Origin: Candidatus Latescibacterota bacterium | GTDB taxonomy: Bacteria; Latescibacterota; UBA2968 | DNA: 64,000 bases | NCBI GenBank assembly: GCA_965207885.1 | Contig: OZ242311.1 | Location: forward strand, 5,856,001-5,920,000 | Direction of reading: 5' to 3' | Shown here: positions 37,700 to 48,563 of the stretch, one piece after another | How the letters are laid out: every line of letters begins with the position of its first letter | Position numbering within the stretch: the first letter of the stretch is position 1 | The notes under the pieces: model-generated | Database searches by the model: none | Told to the model about the DNA's origin: nothing | What the model saw: only the letters and a program-made list of their open reading frames with translations | Position numbers and translations under genes: made by a program

Positions 37700-38457
37700 G
37701 GGGTCTTTCTTCTTGTGGGAATCGTGCGGTATGGTCGGTTATCTTCAGGTACGATGAGAACTTCAGCTGCGTTATCATAGAAGAATAGCTCTTTTTTCAC
37801 AGAGTCCATCTGTGTCAGGATATGTCCATAGCGGGTTTCCTGTGTGTTGTAGAGGATCTGTAGTCCGCGGTCAATGTGCAGGAGGTCCTGTTGGCGCTGG
37901 GTTTCGAGTTCGCCTACGAGGCGAATGAAGGTGTTGTTGACTTCATTGCGCTGCTGGTTTTGCGATGTTTGGACGAGGCGATTAGTGTAGTCGATTAGAT
38001 TTTGTTGATGGATGATAAATTCGCCGAGGGTGATGGGGGCGTCTAATGAGGGGGTTTCAGTGGTGTCGGTGATGGCGGTTTGTTCAGACGGGTCGCTGGA
38101 TCGCAGGCCAATAGAGGTGTGGAATGCGCCGTCTCGTATGGCAAATTCGATGTTGAGAAAGGTGAGGATGAGGATTGCGGCAATGGCTACGCCCGCAGTT
38201 GCCCAGGTTTTGGGATATCGCGTAGGGAGCAGGTTTTGCCAGAGGGTTTGGCGTTCTTGCACGAAGACGAGGTTCAGGTCGGGTTGTTCGTCGCCCCAGG
38301 CATTGAGGATGCGGGATGTGCTGCCCAGTTCTTCAAGGGTTTGGCTGCATGATGGGCAGGTTTCGATGTGATCTTTGAGGCGTTCACGCGCTTCTGGACG
38401 GATGTCTTCGTCGTAGAGGTAGGCGATGAGTTGTTCGCGGGTGATGTCACAGTTCAT
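37696..38457 (-). CDS. zf-HC2 transmembrane anti-sigma factor
   Basis: HIETCPSC motif plus TM helix, directly after ECF sigma. Confidence 0.85.
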   Translation of the reverse strand: MNCDITREQLIAYLYDEDIRPEARERLKDHIETCPSCSQTLEELGSTSRILNAWGDEQPDLNLVFVQERQTLWQNLLPTRYPKTWATAGVAIAAILILTFLNIEFAIRDGAFHTSIGLRSSDPSEQTAITDTTETPSLDAPITLGEFIIHQQNLIDYTNRLVQTSQNQQRNEVNNTFIRLVGELETQRQQDLLHIDRGLQILYNTQETRYGHILTQMDSVKKELFFYDNAAEVLIVPEDNRPYRTIPTRRKTP

Positions 38458-39007
38458 AACGCACCATGTCCTCGCTGATGTGCCAGCGGTCAAATATTTT
38501 TTTCAGGGCAGAGAGGCCGTAATACATTCTGGATTTGACGGTGTTGATGGGCACTTTGAGTGTTTCGGCAATTTCGGTGAATTTTAGTCCCTGATATTCT
38601 TTCATGATGATGACGACGCGCTGTTCCTCAGGCAGATTTTGCAGTGCGCGGTTGAGCAGGTCCCGAACGCTTTGTTCGTGGACCATCGCGTCTGGGGGAT
38701 TTGTTGTGTCTGCTATAGGGGTGTCGAGTGTGTCGAGGGAGATGAGGCTGCGACGGCGGCCTGCGTCTCGGCAGGCGTTGAGCGCGATTTGATAGATCCA
38801 CGAGGTGAATTTGTCGGGGTCGCGCAGACGCCGCATGTTTTTGTACGCGCGGATAAAAGTTTGCTGACATAGGTCGCGCGCGTCGTCTCGATTGCCCACA
38901 TAGCGCAGGACAAAGTTGTAGATCGGACACTCCCAGCGTTTGACCAGGGTGTTAAAGGCCGCGATTTGCCCGGCTCGGAACTGGGCAATCAATTCCGCGT
39001 CGTTCAT
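38447..39007 (-). CDS. ECF RNA polymerase sigma factor
   Basis: DLCQQTFIRAY, FTSWIYQIALN, EIAETLKVPINTVKSR. Confidence 0.92.
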   Translation of the reverse strand: MNDAELIAQFRAGQIAAFNTLVKRWECPIYNFVLRYVGNRDDARDLCQQTFIRAYKNMRRLRDPDKFTSWIYQIALNACRDAGRRRSLISLDTLDTPIADTTNPPDAMVHEQSVRDLLNRALQNLPEEQRVVIIMKEYQGLKFTEIAETLKVPINTVKSRMYYGLSALKKIFDRWHISEDMVRYEL

Positions 39008-39055
39008 TAAATGAGAGACCGTGTTTGGGGTTCTGTGTGTTGGTTCACCTTTCAA

Positions 39056-39082
39056 GACGTTTGGTTGGGGCGAAAAGTTTTA
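39056..39082 (-). promoter_or_regulatory. Putative autoregulatory ECF promoter
   Basis: TAAAAC-N17-CGTC upstream of the sigma gene. Confidence 0.6.
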
Positions 39083-39167
39083 ATGATGGTTGAATTTTTT
39101 CATATTTTGAAGAAAAGTGGCTTCATGGTTAAATTTTTTACTTTAACTCACTCCTGACAACAGAGCC

Positions 39168-39199
39168 GTCATCGCGGCAATGTTTAAGCCGCGATCCAG
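39168..39199 (+). repeat. REP-like palindrome (GTCATCGCGG family)
   Basis: gtcatcgcggcaatgtttaagccgcgatccag. Confidence 0.8.
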
Positions 39200-39220
39200 A
39201 AGGTTTCACAGAGGTATTAT

Positions 39221-42193
39221 ATGCAAATTCTAATTCTATTCATAGCTTTTGTGAGCACAGCAGGTTTTGCGAGTGCCAGTGAATTAAAGAACTATTTGTT
39301 CGATATGGGTGCTGCAGATTCAAAGGTGGCATCGGGCTATATACGGGTGACGCCAGGTGATGTCTATACGGCTGAACGCGGGTATGGGTTTACCTCGCGG
39401 GTTTCCGGTGCGGTTGAAGCTGCCGAGGCATTTTCCTATTTTGGCGCGTTGTTGACGGATGGTGTTGGTGGGCGCTACGGGCGTCGGGACTATGCGCGAG
39501 AGGGGCTGGTGTTTCGGGTGGATGTGCCAGCGGGGTATTATATGGCTGAGATCGGTGTGCCCGATGGTCCAGATGCGCGGTCGCTACAGGTTTATGTGAA
39601 TGGCGTTTTTGCGGCGCGTACCAGGGATGACCCGATGCGTCAGAGGGGGTGGGATCAAACATCACCGGCACTGTTGCGTTTTCCGGTGTCTGTGTCGGGA
39701 GATTCTGTGCTGATTCGCATTGAGGGTGTGGGCAGTGGCAAGCTCTATGAGTCGCAGCGGGTGGGGTTGATGTCCGTGGCGTTGCGTCCCAGCTATCCCC
39801 ATTTGTTTCAACGGGTGAGTGGTCGTTTAGAGCCGGTTGATCCCGATGTTGTATTAGATCCCAATTTGCAACAGGGGCTTGCCTGGTATGATCGCGGAGA
39901 TTTTGAGGGTGCCGCATCGGATTTTCGGAAGGCAGACGTTGCACCGTCAGTGAAAGCCGAGCTTCTGTTGTGGACAGCAGGCCATGTGTCTTGTCCGAAT
40001 CACCGCGCTTTAATAGAGGAGGCTCTGGATTTATTAAAAAGAGATACTGCGGATGTTCGAAGTCAAAATCGCGTGCGGGATGTTCTTACTTATTTAGAGG
40101 GTCTTGATCGGGTTGAAGCGCGCAATTGGAGTTGGGCAAGGGAGAAGTTTGGGATGGGTCAGGGCGGTCGCTTATGGTATGCACAGGTGCATCTTCGCCT
40201 GGTTGCGAGCGATCCCGGAGAGCCACTTCGATTTCGCGCATTGTACGCTCTGGGCAAGGTGTATTTTGGCTATTTTATGGAGTTGCATGATGTGCGTTTT
40301 TTGGAAGCGTCGGATGAAATTTTTTTGGAGCTTCGAGAGGCATTTCTGGAAGATCGGATGATTCGCATGTATTTGGGTGAGCGTTTCGCTTATGACGATC
40401 CCAGATATACCGAAGGCGCAGAAGATGCGCCGGTCTGGGCGGCAAAACAGCGCGAAGCGCTCAAGCGGTTGCTCGATGTAATTCATTACTGGACGGATGA
40501 GCGGCAGGCTGAAAATGGCGAGATGGGTGGGCATTATGAAGATGATTGTGAGATGTTTCGGCATTGGCAGCCCGCCCTTTTTGCGGCAGATGATGCCCGC
40601 GCTATCAGCGCAATACGGCGTATGGCCGATGGTGTTTGGAATAGCGATTTGATTGCGGATGGGTACAGCAAGCGCGCGTATGATGTGGAGCATTCTTCAG
40701 AGTTGATTTCCGATACGCATCCGATTCTTCTGGCAGCGGAATACGGGAATCCAGAGTATGTGGAACGCGCGATGGCAACGGCGCGGGTGATGCGCGATGT
40801 GTGGGTGGGTAAGACCGAGCGGGGCAATTTGCATTTTAAGTCGATGCGTATTGGGGCGCACGAGGTGGATGAACGGGCGCCGTATAATGTGGATTTGCCG
40901 TATAATGCGCGGGCGGTGAAACCGATTCGATGGTTGGCCTGGTACAATCGACACCCAGAGGCTGTGCGTCTGATTTCGGAGTGGGGAAAAAGCTGGGTTG
41001 AGGCGATTGCTCGAGAGGCAGATGGAAAACCCGCAGGGGTGATTCCGGCGGCAATTACGTTTCCGGAGAATAAGCTGAGCGGTCCGGGAGATACGTGGTA
41101 TGATACGGGTATGGGATGGCTTTATTCTTTTCCGAGTGCTTCGGGGATGATTTACGATCATCTTTTGTCTGTTTGGTGGATTACGGGAGACGAGGCTTTT
41201 TTGCAATCGCACCGCGATGGGCTGGCGATTCTCGAAAATTTGGATGATCTGCCCGCAGATGCCGAGGTCGGCTCTCGCGCCTGGGCTTTGCGCCGGGTGC
41301 TGGATCCGGGACGCTTTTCGAGCTATCGATTGCTTACGGGTGATGCGCGATACGATGCCCTGTTTCGAGAGGGTGGGTCGAGTTATTTGCGATGGCGATT
41401 GACGGGTGATGTGTCGTATCTAATTTCGGGGTGTGAGCATAGTATTAATAGTATGCGGATTAACCGCCCGTTTCTGACTTCGGAAGTTTATTTCACGGAT
41501 CGCGTGTTTGTTCGAGGGGCTGAGCATTTGCTGGCGATGTACACAGGTGATGTGACCCGGGCAGGCGATTTTCCGAGTTTTGCCGTGACGTGGAAGAATA
41601 CGGGTGCTGATTTTGCCGCGCTGGTGACAGAGAGTAGCGATAGGGCGCTGCGTGTGTTGGTTTATAATTTTGAGGCTGAGGAGAAGATTGTGGGTATGCG
41701 TCTGTGGCGCTTGAAGGATGGGGTTTATTCGGTTGTCGGCAAAGGGATGGGTCAGGCAGATGTTTTTCGGCGGGATGGGGTGCGTGTTCGACGGGGAACA
41801 GAGGTTGAGGTTGATTTGCCCTCAAGGCAGTTGATGCGGATTTCAATTGATCTTACAGGTGAGGTTCAAGAGGTGGCTGAGTATTTGCCAGATGCGGGTA
41901 TTTCCGCGCGCGATGTGGTGGTGGATGGCGATCGTGTACGGGTGACGGTACACAATATTGGTACTGTGGATGTTGAAAATTTAACGGTTGCTCTGTACGA
42001 TGGTGAGACGGCTCTGGGGCGCAGGGTAATTCAGAATTTAGAAGTGCCTCTGGATTTGTTGCCGAGAACAAAGCAGGTCGCGTTTTCCATTGGTTCTGAT
42101 ATGCCGGATGTTGTTACCGTGGTTCTCGATCCCGAGGAGAAGTTGGAAGAGATTACGCGGGTGAATAATCGGGTGACTGTGGCTGTGAAATAG
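39221..42193 (+). CDS. Large secreted protein: galactose-binding-like N-domain, helical core, CARDB-like C-domain
   Basis: Signal peptide; FDMG...YTAERGYGF; VHNIGT...DPEEKLEEITRVNN. Confidence 0.6.
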   Translation: MQILILFIAFVSTAGFASASELKNYLFDMGAADSKVASGYIRVTPGDVYTAERGYGFTSRVSGAVEAAEAFSYFGALLTDGVGGRYGRRDYAREGLVFRVDVPAGYYMAEIGVPDGPDARSLQVYVNGVFAARTRDDPMRQRGWDQTSPALLRFPVSVSGDSVLIRIEGVGSGKLYESQRVGLMSVALRPSYPHLFQRVSGRLEPVDPDVVLDPNLQQGLAWYDRGDFEGAASDFRKADVAPSVKAELLLWTAGHVSCPNHRALIEEALDLLKRDTADVRSQNRVRDVLTYLEGLDRVEARNWSWAREKFGMGQGGRLWYAQVHLRLVASDPGEPLRFRALYALGKVYFGYFMELHDVRFLEASDEIFLELREAFLEDRMIRMYLGERFAYDDPRYTEGAEDAPVWAAKQREALKRLLDVIHYWTDERQAENGEMGGHYEDDCEMFRHWQPALFAADDARAISAIRRMADGVWNSDLIADGYSKRAYDVEHSSELISDTHPILLAAEYGNPEYVERAMATARVMRDVWVGKTERGNLHFKSMRIGAHEVDERAPYNVDLPYNARAVKPIRWLAWYNRHPEAVRLISEWGKSWVEAIAREADGKPAGVIPAAITFPENKLSGPGDTWYDTGMGWLYSFPSASGMIYDHLLSVWWITGDEAFLQSHRDGLAILENLDDLPADAEVGSRAWALRRVLDPGRFSSYRLLTGDARYDALFREGGSSYLRWRLTGDVSYLISGCEHSINSMRINRPFLTSEVYFTDRVFVRGAEHLLAMYTGDVTRAGDFPSFAVTWKNTGADFAALVTESSDRALRVLVYNFEAEEKIVGMRLWRLKDGVYSVVGKGMGQADVFRRDGVRVRRGTEVEVDLPSRQLMRISIDLTGEVQEVAEYLPDAGISARDVVVDGDRVRVTVHNIGTVDVENLTVALYDGETALGRRVIQNLEVPLDLLPRTKQVAFSIGSDMPDVVTVVLDPEEKLEEITRVNNRVTVAVK

Positions 42194-42201
42194 GTGGAGA
42201 A

Positions 42202-42915
42202 ATGATGTCTTTAAGCCAGTTTGAGTTTTTCGGTTTTGCTCACATCGCTGCGATGGGCGTGATTCTCGCTGTGCCGATTGTTTTGACGCTTGTTGTCAGG
42301 CGGCTGGATTCGGAGAGGACGACTCAGGCAATTTGCTACGCGTTTGCGGGGGTGATTGCGCTCAACGAGGTGCTGAACTGGAGCTATCGATTGGCGACGG
42401 TTGGAGTGCATGAGTTTGTGCGGGAGTATATGCCGTTGCATGTTTGTGGGATTGCTGTTTTTGCGGCTGTGATTACACTCGTTTTCCGGCGGCAGACGGC
42501 TTACGAGATCGTTTATTTCTGGGGGCTTGTCGGCGCGACGAATGCGGTTGTGACGCCTCAGCTTGAGTTCGGCTATCCGCAGTATCGCTTTTTTCAATAT
42601 TTTATCGCGCATGGCGGTATTGTGGCTGCTGCGCTGTTCGCCACATGGGGCCTGGGTATGCGGCCGACAGCGAGATCGGTGTTGCGCGTTTTTGTTTTGC
42701 TGAATGTTCTGGCGATTGTTTTGATTGGGGTCAATCTGATGCTGGGGAGCAATTATATGTTTCTTTGCCAACCGCCTGATACAAAATCGCCTTTTTTCTT
42801 TTTGCCGTGGCCGTGGTATCTCTTATTCCTCGATGGGGTGGCATTGGTGTTATTTTATGTGCTTTTTATTCCGTTCGCGAAGAGAAAGTTATACGCTTCA
42901 AATTCGTTGAGATGA
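42202..42915 (+). CDS. YwaF/TIGR02206-family membrane protein
   Basis: MPLHVC, AVVTP, FIAHG, SNYMFL, PWPWY. Confidence 0.85.
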   Translation: MMSLSQFEFFGFAHIAAMGVILAVPIVLTLVVRRLDSERTTQAICYAFAGVIALNEVLNWSYRLATVGVHEFVREYMPLHVCGIAVFAAVITLVFRRQTAYEIVYFWGLVGATNAVVTPQLEFGYPQYRFFQYFIAHGGIVAAALFATWGLGMRPTARSVLRVFVLLNVLAIVLIGVNLMLGSNYMFLCQPPDTKSPFFFLPWPWYLLFLDGVALVLFYVLFIPFAKRKLYASNSLR

Positions 42916-45900
42916 TAGATCAATACGCAAAATGCCTGATTCTCTTGATACTTGTGGGCGCGAGTGCGTGTTTTGCGGCGACGCCTTTTACGCCTCGTCA
43001 CCCAGATCCCGTGCATGAGTCCTGGCGCTGGCGATTTTTTCCAGAGTTGAAGGGGCAGGGGGCGTCGTGTTTGGTGGAGGATGGGGATGGTAATTTTTTA
43101 TTTGGAACGGATGATGGTATTTATCGCTATGACGGGATGAACTGGCGCGTTTTTCCGTTTGATGAGGGGATGGTGGGGGCGCAGATCAATGCGCTTTACG
43201 TCGCTCGGGACGGAGGTGTTTATGTGGGGTCTGATCGGGGTGTTAGTCGTTTCGAGAATGGGACATGGGAACAGGTATTTCCATTACAAGGAGATAAATG
43301 GAATACCTATGATTTGATGGAGGCACAGGATGGGAGCCTGTGGGCGGGTACGGAGTGGGGTGCGCTCAGGTTGACGCCTGAGGGAGCAAGGCTTTTTGTA
43401 GCTGCGGAGGATACAACGGGTATTCGGGAGATGGTATCCGATGCCGTGACTTTTGTTGTGGTTCCTTTGGACAATCGGAGGTTGATGGTTTATGACGTGT
43501 GTGAAGGGTCCGACGGAGCGATCTGGTTTGGGACTTACGACGGCGATTTGATTCGTTTTGATTTTGCATCGGGCTATCGGCGTTTCAGTGGGGAAGATGG
43601 GATCGATCAGGGTACGTATCCGAGGATCTGTGTGACAGAGGATGGCGTTGTTTGGGTCGTGTATGGCGATAATAGCAAGCGCGTCAACCGGTTTGATGGC
43701 GAGAAGTGGGAGGCTCTCGAAGTTGGTGATCTGGGTCGCGATCACTATTATACGTCTATTCTGGAGAGTGGGGATGGGACGCTCTGGATTGGCGGTAGCC
43801 GTTTAATTACCCATAGGGATAGTGTGTGGCGTGTCTATGATTCGAGCGTGTCTTTACACCGTATGGAACTCCACGAAGCCACGGACGGCGCGCTCTGGAT
43901 TGTGGGAAGGGGAGAGGAAGCTGTGCGTCTGGATTTGAGTGAGAACCAGACGCAGACTTATGAGGGTCTCATTTTTCAGTGTGATACGCCCGATGGAGCA
44001 CAGTGGTTTATCTCGCAGGATAACGGCGTTGTGCGTTACGATGGGCAGGGATGGACGCGGTTTGGGGTGGAAGATGGTTTGATGGATACGCCGAGTAAGC
44101 TTATCGCGACGCGAGATGGCGCGCTTTGGGCTGCGGGTAGTCACGAACATGTCGCAGCTACAGCGCGGTTGGATGGCTCTGTATGGGTTCTTAAACGCCA
44201 TCCCCAGCTTTCCTGGAGTGTTGATCCGCGTTCGGTTTACGAAGCGTTTGATGGCTCTTTGTGGTTTGCCGCGGCTGAGGATTGGTGGTTATATGACTTT
44301 CTCGGTGGGGTCGCGGTTTTCGATGGGACGAGTTGGATACATCACACCGCTCCGGGTATGACGCATTATGTTTATGGGATCGGGCAGAGTTCTGATGGGG
44401 TTTTGTGGTTTGGCGGGAGGTTGTTTGGCTTTGATGGGGTGCGAAGCGTGCCGTTCACGGGTCCAGGGGTGTTGGTTGAAGATTTTATTGATGCTGTCTA
44501 TACCACGCTACAGGGCGACCTGTGGTTGGGGTCCCGAACTTATGGGGTGTTTCGGTATGACGGGACGGAGTGGCTGCGGTTCGATTACGGAGACGGGCTG
44601 GCGGACAATAGAGTGCGAAGCATTTTTCAGGATCGGGACGGTGCGATCTGGGTGGGGACAGCAGAGGGGGTCAGCCGCTTTGATGGGCGCACATGGTTAA
44701 CACAGGCTTTACCTCCTGATTTTCCGCGCACAGAGTTTTATGATCCGGTTCTCCAGTCTCGAGACGGGACACTCTGGCTCAATTCTGTATCTGATTTAGA
44801 TGCCTGGTACAGACGGTCGGAATCTCGGGGTATAGCAGCACCCTGTACTCTGCGTACTATCCGATATGTGCCAGAGACCGATCCACCTGAGACCCTGATG
44901 TCCCTTTCTCCGGATGAAGTGTCTGAGGATGGAGAGATAACTTTTGCGTGGACAGGGACAGATCTCTGGCGAAGCACATTGCGCGAAGATTTGCAATTCG
45001 CCTATCGTTTGGATGGCGGGGAGTGGTCGCCATACAGCGGGCATTCGGTCCGTTCTTTTGAGAATCTGGATGTGGGGGCGCATACGTTGGAGGTTAAAGC
45101 ACGCGATCTGGCGTTTAATGAAGATCCCGTGCCGTCGCTGGTGCAATTCAATGTTGTTCCGCTGGTGTGGCGCCGTCCGTGGTTTATTGGGTTGATTGCG
45201 GGGTTTGTGATTCTCACGGGGTATCTGATCTCGCGGATTATTGTCAGGGATCGGAGGCTGCGGCAAGCAAATGAAGATCTTGCATCTGCTAACGAGACGC
45301 AGCTTTTGCAGTCCGCGCGTCTGGTGTCGCTGGGGCAAATGGTTGCGGGTGTGGCACACGAGCTCAACCAGCCGCTGACGGTTGTCGAGACGACTGCTGG
45401 GGATATTTCCCTGCGGCTGATGGAGGGGATACCGCTTGAGACGGATGAATTGCGGGAGATGATGGCGGATGTTCGGGGTGTGGTCAACAGGATGGCGGGT
45501 ACTGTCGATCATTTGCGCGTGTTTTCGCGCGATGCGTCCGAGGAGCCGCGCCAGGCGATGGATGTGAATACGGTGATTGCGAGTAGTCTGAAGTTGATGG
45601 GGTCACAGCTCGAGAATCGCGGGATTGATCTCGTACAGGATCTATCCGACGCGCTCCCAGAGGTTTGGGGACATCCGCATCCGCTCGAGCAGGTGGTTCT
45701 CAATTTGCTGTCCAATGCCCGGGATGCAGTGGATGAGCGGGCGGAGATGGAGGGGATGGGTTATGATAAGTGGATCTGGATCCGGGCGCGGGCTGAGGAC
45801 GATGCGGTCGTTATCGAGGTGGAGGATAATGGAGTTGGGATGGATGAGGCGACCCGGCAACGTCTTTTTGAGCCTTTTTTTACGACGAAGGATGCTGACC

Positions 45901-46028
45901 GGGGCACGGGTTTGGGTTTGTCGATTATTTATGCTATTGTTCGCAAGCACAATGGGGAGATTACTGTGGAGAGCGAGCAGGGCGTGGGGACGACGTTTAA
46001 GGTGATGTTGCCGGTGGAGGAGTGGTAG
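42912..46028 (+). CDS. Beta-propeller/YYY sensor histidine kinase
   Basis: DG.LW repeats, FAYRLDG, TM, AGVAHELNQPL, NLLSNARDA, DNGVG, FEPFFTTK, GTGLGL. Confidence 0.92.
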   Translation: MIDQYAKCLILLILVGASACFAATPFTPRHPDPVHESWRWRFFPELKGQGASCLVEDGDGNFLFGTDDGIYRYDGMNWRVFPFDEGMVGAQINALYVARDGGVYVGSDRGVSRFENGTWEQVFPLQGDKWNTYDLMEAQDGSLWAGTEWGALRLTPEGARLFVAAEDTTGIREMVSDAVTFVVVPLDNRRLMVYDVCEGSDGAIWFGTYDGDLIRFDFASGYRRFSGEDGIDQGTYPRICVTEDGVVWVVYGDNSKRVNRFDGEKWEALEVGDLGRDHYYTSILESGDGTLWIGGSRLITHRDSVWRVYDSSVSLHRMELHEATDGALWIVGRGEEAVRLDLSENQTQTYEGLIFQCDTPDGAQWFISQDNGVVRYDGQGWTRFGVEDGLMDTPSKLIATRDGALWAAGSHEHVAATARLDGSVWVLKRHPQLSWSVDPRSVYEAFDGSLWFAAAEDWWLYDFLGGVAVFDGTSWIHHTAPGMTHYVYGIGQSSDGVLWFGGRLFGFDGVRSVPFTGPGVLVEDFIDAVYTTLQGDLWLGSRTYGVFRYDGTEWLRFDYGDGLADNRVRSIFQDRDGAIWVGTAEGVSRFDGRTWLTQALPPDFPRTEFYDPVLQSRDGTLWLNSVSDLDAWYRRSESRGIAAPCTLRTIRYVPETDPPETLMSLSPDEVSEDGEITFAWTGTDLWRSTLREDLQFAYRLDGGEWSPYSGHSVRSFENLDVGAHTLEVKARDLAFNEDPVPSLVQFNVVPLVWRRPWFIGLIAGFVILTGYLISRIIVRDRRLRQANEDLASANETQLLQSARLVSLGQMVAGVAHELNQPLTVVETTAGDISLRLMEGIPLETDELREMMADVRGVVNRMAGTVDHLRVFSRDASEEPRQAMDVNTVIASSLKLMGSQLENRGIDLVQDLSDALPEVWGHPHPLEQVVLNLLSNARDAVDERAEMEGMGYDKWIWIRARAEDDAVVIEVEDNGVGMDEATRQRLFEPFFTTKDADRGTGLGLSIIYAIVRKHNGEITVESEQGVGTTFKVMLPVEEW

Positions 46029-47544
46029 GGGTTTCTATATAGGATGCATACGCCGATCGCACGATTTCTTCGGACGGTTTGTCGCGAATAGAATACGTGC
46101 GGCGACGTGCCCAGTATCTCGCCCACCGTTCGTCGCTGGCTATCCAATTATCCCAATAGAAGACACCATTTACTATCCCAGGGTACTGAGTCAGGGTGTT
46201 GATTAATGCCTTGTAGATGTTGGCCTGAGTTTCTCGCCCGTCATCCAGTCCATTGCGGTTCGAGTCGGTAAATACGAATCGTCGGTTTTGCGCTGATGTA
46301 TCACCTGGTCGTTCGGATGTTTCAATCACGTCCATAGCACCGTATTCGGTAAATACAATTGGTCGGTCGGGATTTGTGTTTGCAAGCGGAATAAGCTGGT
46401 TTTGGAATATCTGCCTGTAACGCGTCTGGAAACTTTCGACGCTCAGTACGGTTGACGGACGGGAGTCCGTCAGTGGAAACCACGCACTGATGCCAATGAT
46501 GTCGAGGTCCAGATCTGCCCATAGATGACCTGCGCCCGATCCCGATCCGTAAAAGTGGGATGCTGTGAGTACGTCGTAGTGCATGTCATAGGTTAGCAGG
46601 CCGCTGTACACGGCACGCACACTTTGTACCATTGATCTGAGTTCTCGACCAAAATCATTTGTCATATAACTTCCTGAACGCGTGCGAAAGAGCCGGTCGG
46701 TTTCCGTGCCCAACGAGTATAAGCGCACGCCCTCGTCCTCTGCTATTCTGGCGAAGTGTACCGCCTGTTGCGTGTAGGTTGCCCAGAATTCGGCGACAAA
46801 ACGCCGATGATGTGGATGATCTGGACGCCAGGGCCAGTATTGGGGCAATATCAACCCATAGATATTCGGATTATCAGGCGGAACGCCGCCAGGTGCCGAG
46901 TCTCCGAGTTGCCACCTGCGTACCGGGTGTGCGGCGGTTTCAGCCTCATAGGCTTCGAATGCCAGGGTCAGATAGACGTCAATCCCGTGATTTCTGAATT
47001 CTCGGATCAATTGTCTGAGTGCTTCATCTGAAAAAGTGGGAATATCGACATTTGATGAGTACACGCGCTCGACCGTGCTGTCCATGCTGTCGTCGTAATG
47101 CAGCGCGACGGATAGGCCGATCCAGTTTACATGCAGGCTCTTTAGCCATTGGATATAGTCCATAGGTATGAGCGTTCCGATCCTTCCAGCGGCTTCCCAT
47201 TGATCTACGACATAGCCAGTATCTCCCCAATTACCCGCAGCATGAATGGCGCGTAGTGGAAAATTTATTTTCGTGTCTATCGCCTGGGGCACTGTTTTGC
47301 CAAAGTCGCTGGCAAAGATCAGAAAGTCTGAAAATGCAATCGCGCCATCGCCATTCAGGTCGAATCGGTCTTCATATTTCTCATCACCACGACTCGTCCC
47401 GAAGTGTTCGACAAATAGCAAAAAGTCTGGAAGATCCACGACGCCGTTTTCGTCAAAGTCGGGGAGAGGGCTGGATTGTGATGCATGCGCGAGAGATAGA
47501 CTGATCCATAGACAGACCACAAGCGGGATACACAAACGCTTCAT
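45997..47544 (-). CDS. Secreted dockerin/EF-hand plus GH113-like TIM-barrel protein
   Basis: PDFDENGVVDLPDFL..FG; SLGTE, LTYD, IGISAWFPL, FTEYG. Confidence 0.65.
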   Translation of the reverse strand: MKRLCIPLVVCLWISLSLAHASQSSPLPDFDENGVVDLPDFLLFVEHFGTSRGDEKYEDRFDLNGDGAIAFSDFLIFASDFGKTVPQAIDTKINFPLRAIHAAGNWGDTGYVVDQWEAAGRIGTLIPMDYIQWLKSLHVNWIGLSVALHYDDSMDSTVERVYSSNVDIPTFSDEALRQLIREFRNHGIDVYLTLAFEAYEAETAAHPVRRWQLGDSAPGGVPPDNPNIYGLILPQYWPWRPDHPHHRRFVAEFWATYTQQAVHFARIAEDEGVRLYSLGTETDRLFRTRSGSYMTNDFGRELRSMVQSVRAVYSGLLTYDMHYDVLTASHFYGSGSGAGHLWADLDLDIIGISAWFPLTDSRPSTVLSVESFQTRYRQIFQNQLIPLANTNPDRPIVFTEYGAMDVIETSERPGDTSAQNRRFVFTDSNRNGLDDGRETQANIYKALINTLTQYPGIVNGVFYWDNWIASDERWARYWARRRTYSIRDKPSEEIVRSAYASYIETPTTPPPATSP

Positions 47545-47641
47545 GCTGCACCTTTCTGTGCGTTGTTGAAAAGAACACGCGCCCAAAATATATTTTCAAG
47601 GGCGATAGGGAAAGCGTGTTCCATTGAAGCCCTGATAACAA

Positions 47642-47690
47642 AAGCCCAACGGTCTATAGGAGGCCGTTGGGCTTTTGTTTGGTTTTCTAT
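47642..47690 (+). repeat. Repeat B copy 1 (terminator-like hairpin)
   Basis: aagcccaacggtctataggaggccgttgggcttttgtttggttttctat. Confidence 0.9.
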
Positions 47691-47720
47691 TTTGTTTGGC
47701 GAGAATGCGATACAAGTCCT

Positions 47721-48011
47721 TCAAAACGGGTCAAGTTCAAGTTTTGGAATCTTTTTTGGCAGTCGGGTCTTAGCCAGATCGTAATTGCGTTGAAGATTCA
47801 TCCATAACTCAGGTGTTGTCCCCAGTGCTTGAGAAAATAACCAGGCTGTCTCAGGCGTTACCCCCCGCTTGCCACGGATGATCTCATTAACTCTTTGAAG
47901 TGGCACTTCAATGTGTTTGGCAAACGCTACCTGAGTTATTCCCAAGGGCTTCAGAAACTCTTCCAAAAGGATTTCACCTGGATGCGTCGGAATACGATTT
48001 TCGGGCAGCAT
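47721..48011 (-). CDS. higA: HigA-family antitoxin
   Basis: HPGEILLEEFL, VNEIIRGKRGVT, WMNLQ. Confidence 0.9.
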   Translation of the reverse strand: MLPENRIPTHPGEILLEEFLKPLGITQVAFAKHIEVPLQRVNEIIRGKRGVTPETAWLFSQALGTTPELWMNLQRNYDLAKTRLPKKIPKLELDPF

Positions 48012-48028
48012 GATTGTCTCCAAATGGT

Positions 48029-48319
48029 CTAATGATAGTCCGTCAGCGATACCTGATGTGCAGAATTTTCGGACCATCGAAAAATGATCCGCCATTGCTC
48101 GTTGACACGGATGCTGTAAAATCCCTGAAGATTGCCTTTCAGGGCTTCCAGGCGATTGCCCGGAGGTGTCCGAAAGTCTTGCAGGCGATGTGCAGTCTCA
48201 ATGACATCCAATTTTCTTAAAGCGGCACGTATAATATCTGGCGGAAAGCTGCGGGCGCGTCGCGTTTGTCTGTTGTGAAATAAATCTTCTGTTGCAGGAT
48301 CTCCAAATGACTCAATCAT
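48029..48319 (-). CDS. higB: HigB/RelE-family toxin
   Basis: PPGNRLEALKG...SIRVNEQWRIIF...DYH. Confidence 0.9.
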   Translation of the reverse strand: MIESFGDPATEDLFHNRQTRRARSFPPDIIRAALRKLDVIETAHRLQDFRTPPGNRLEALKGNLQGFYSIRVNEQWRIIFRWSENSAHQVSLTDYH

Positions 48320-48563
48320 GAAGTGTTCTTTTTTGAATTTTATCGATTTCACGGTAATCGTGTAAAATATAGTCAATCCTAACTCTATTATCAATAAAAA
48401 TTTATAGGCATCTGGTAATTTGAGAGTCGATATTTTAAGTGAGAGGTAAGGTCTGAAAGGCGTGATCAGTGAGAGAATTTTTGATCTTTTTTTGATTTAT
48501 TACCTTATTTGTAAATTTCATATCTCAATTATATATAATAATTTACGTCGATTTTTTATTTTT

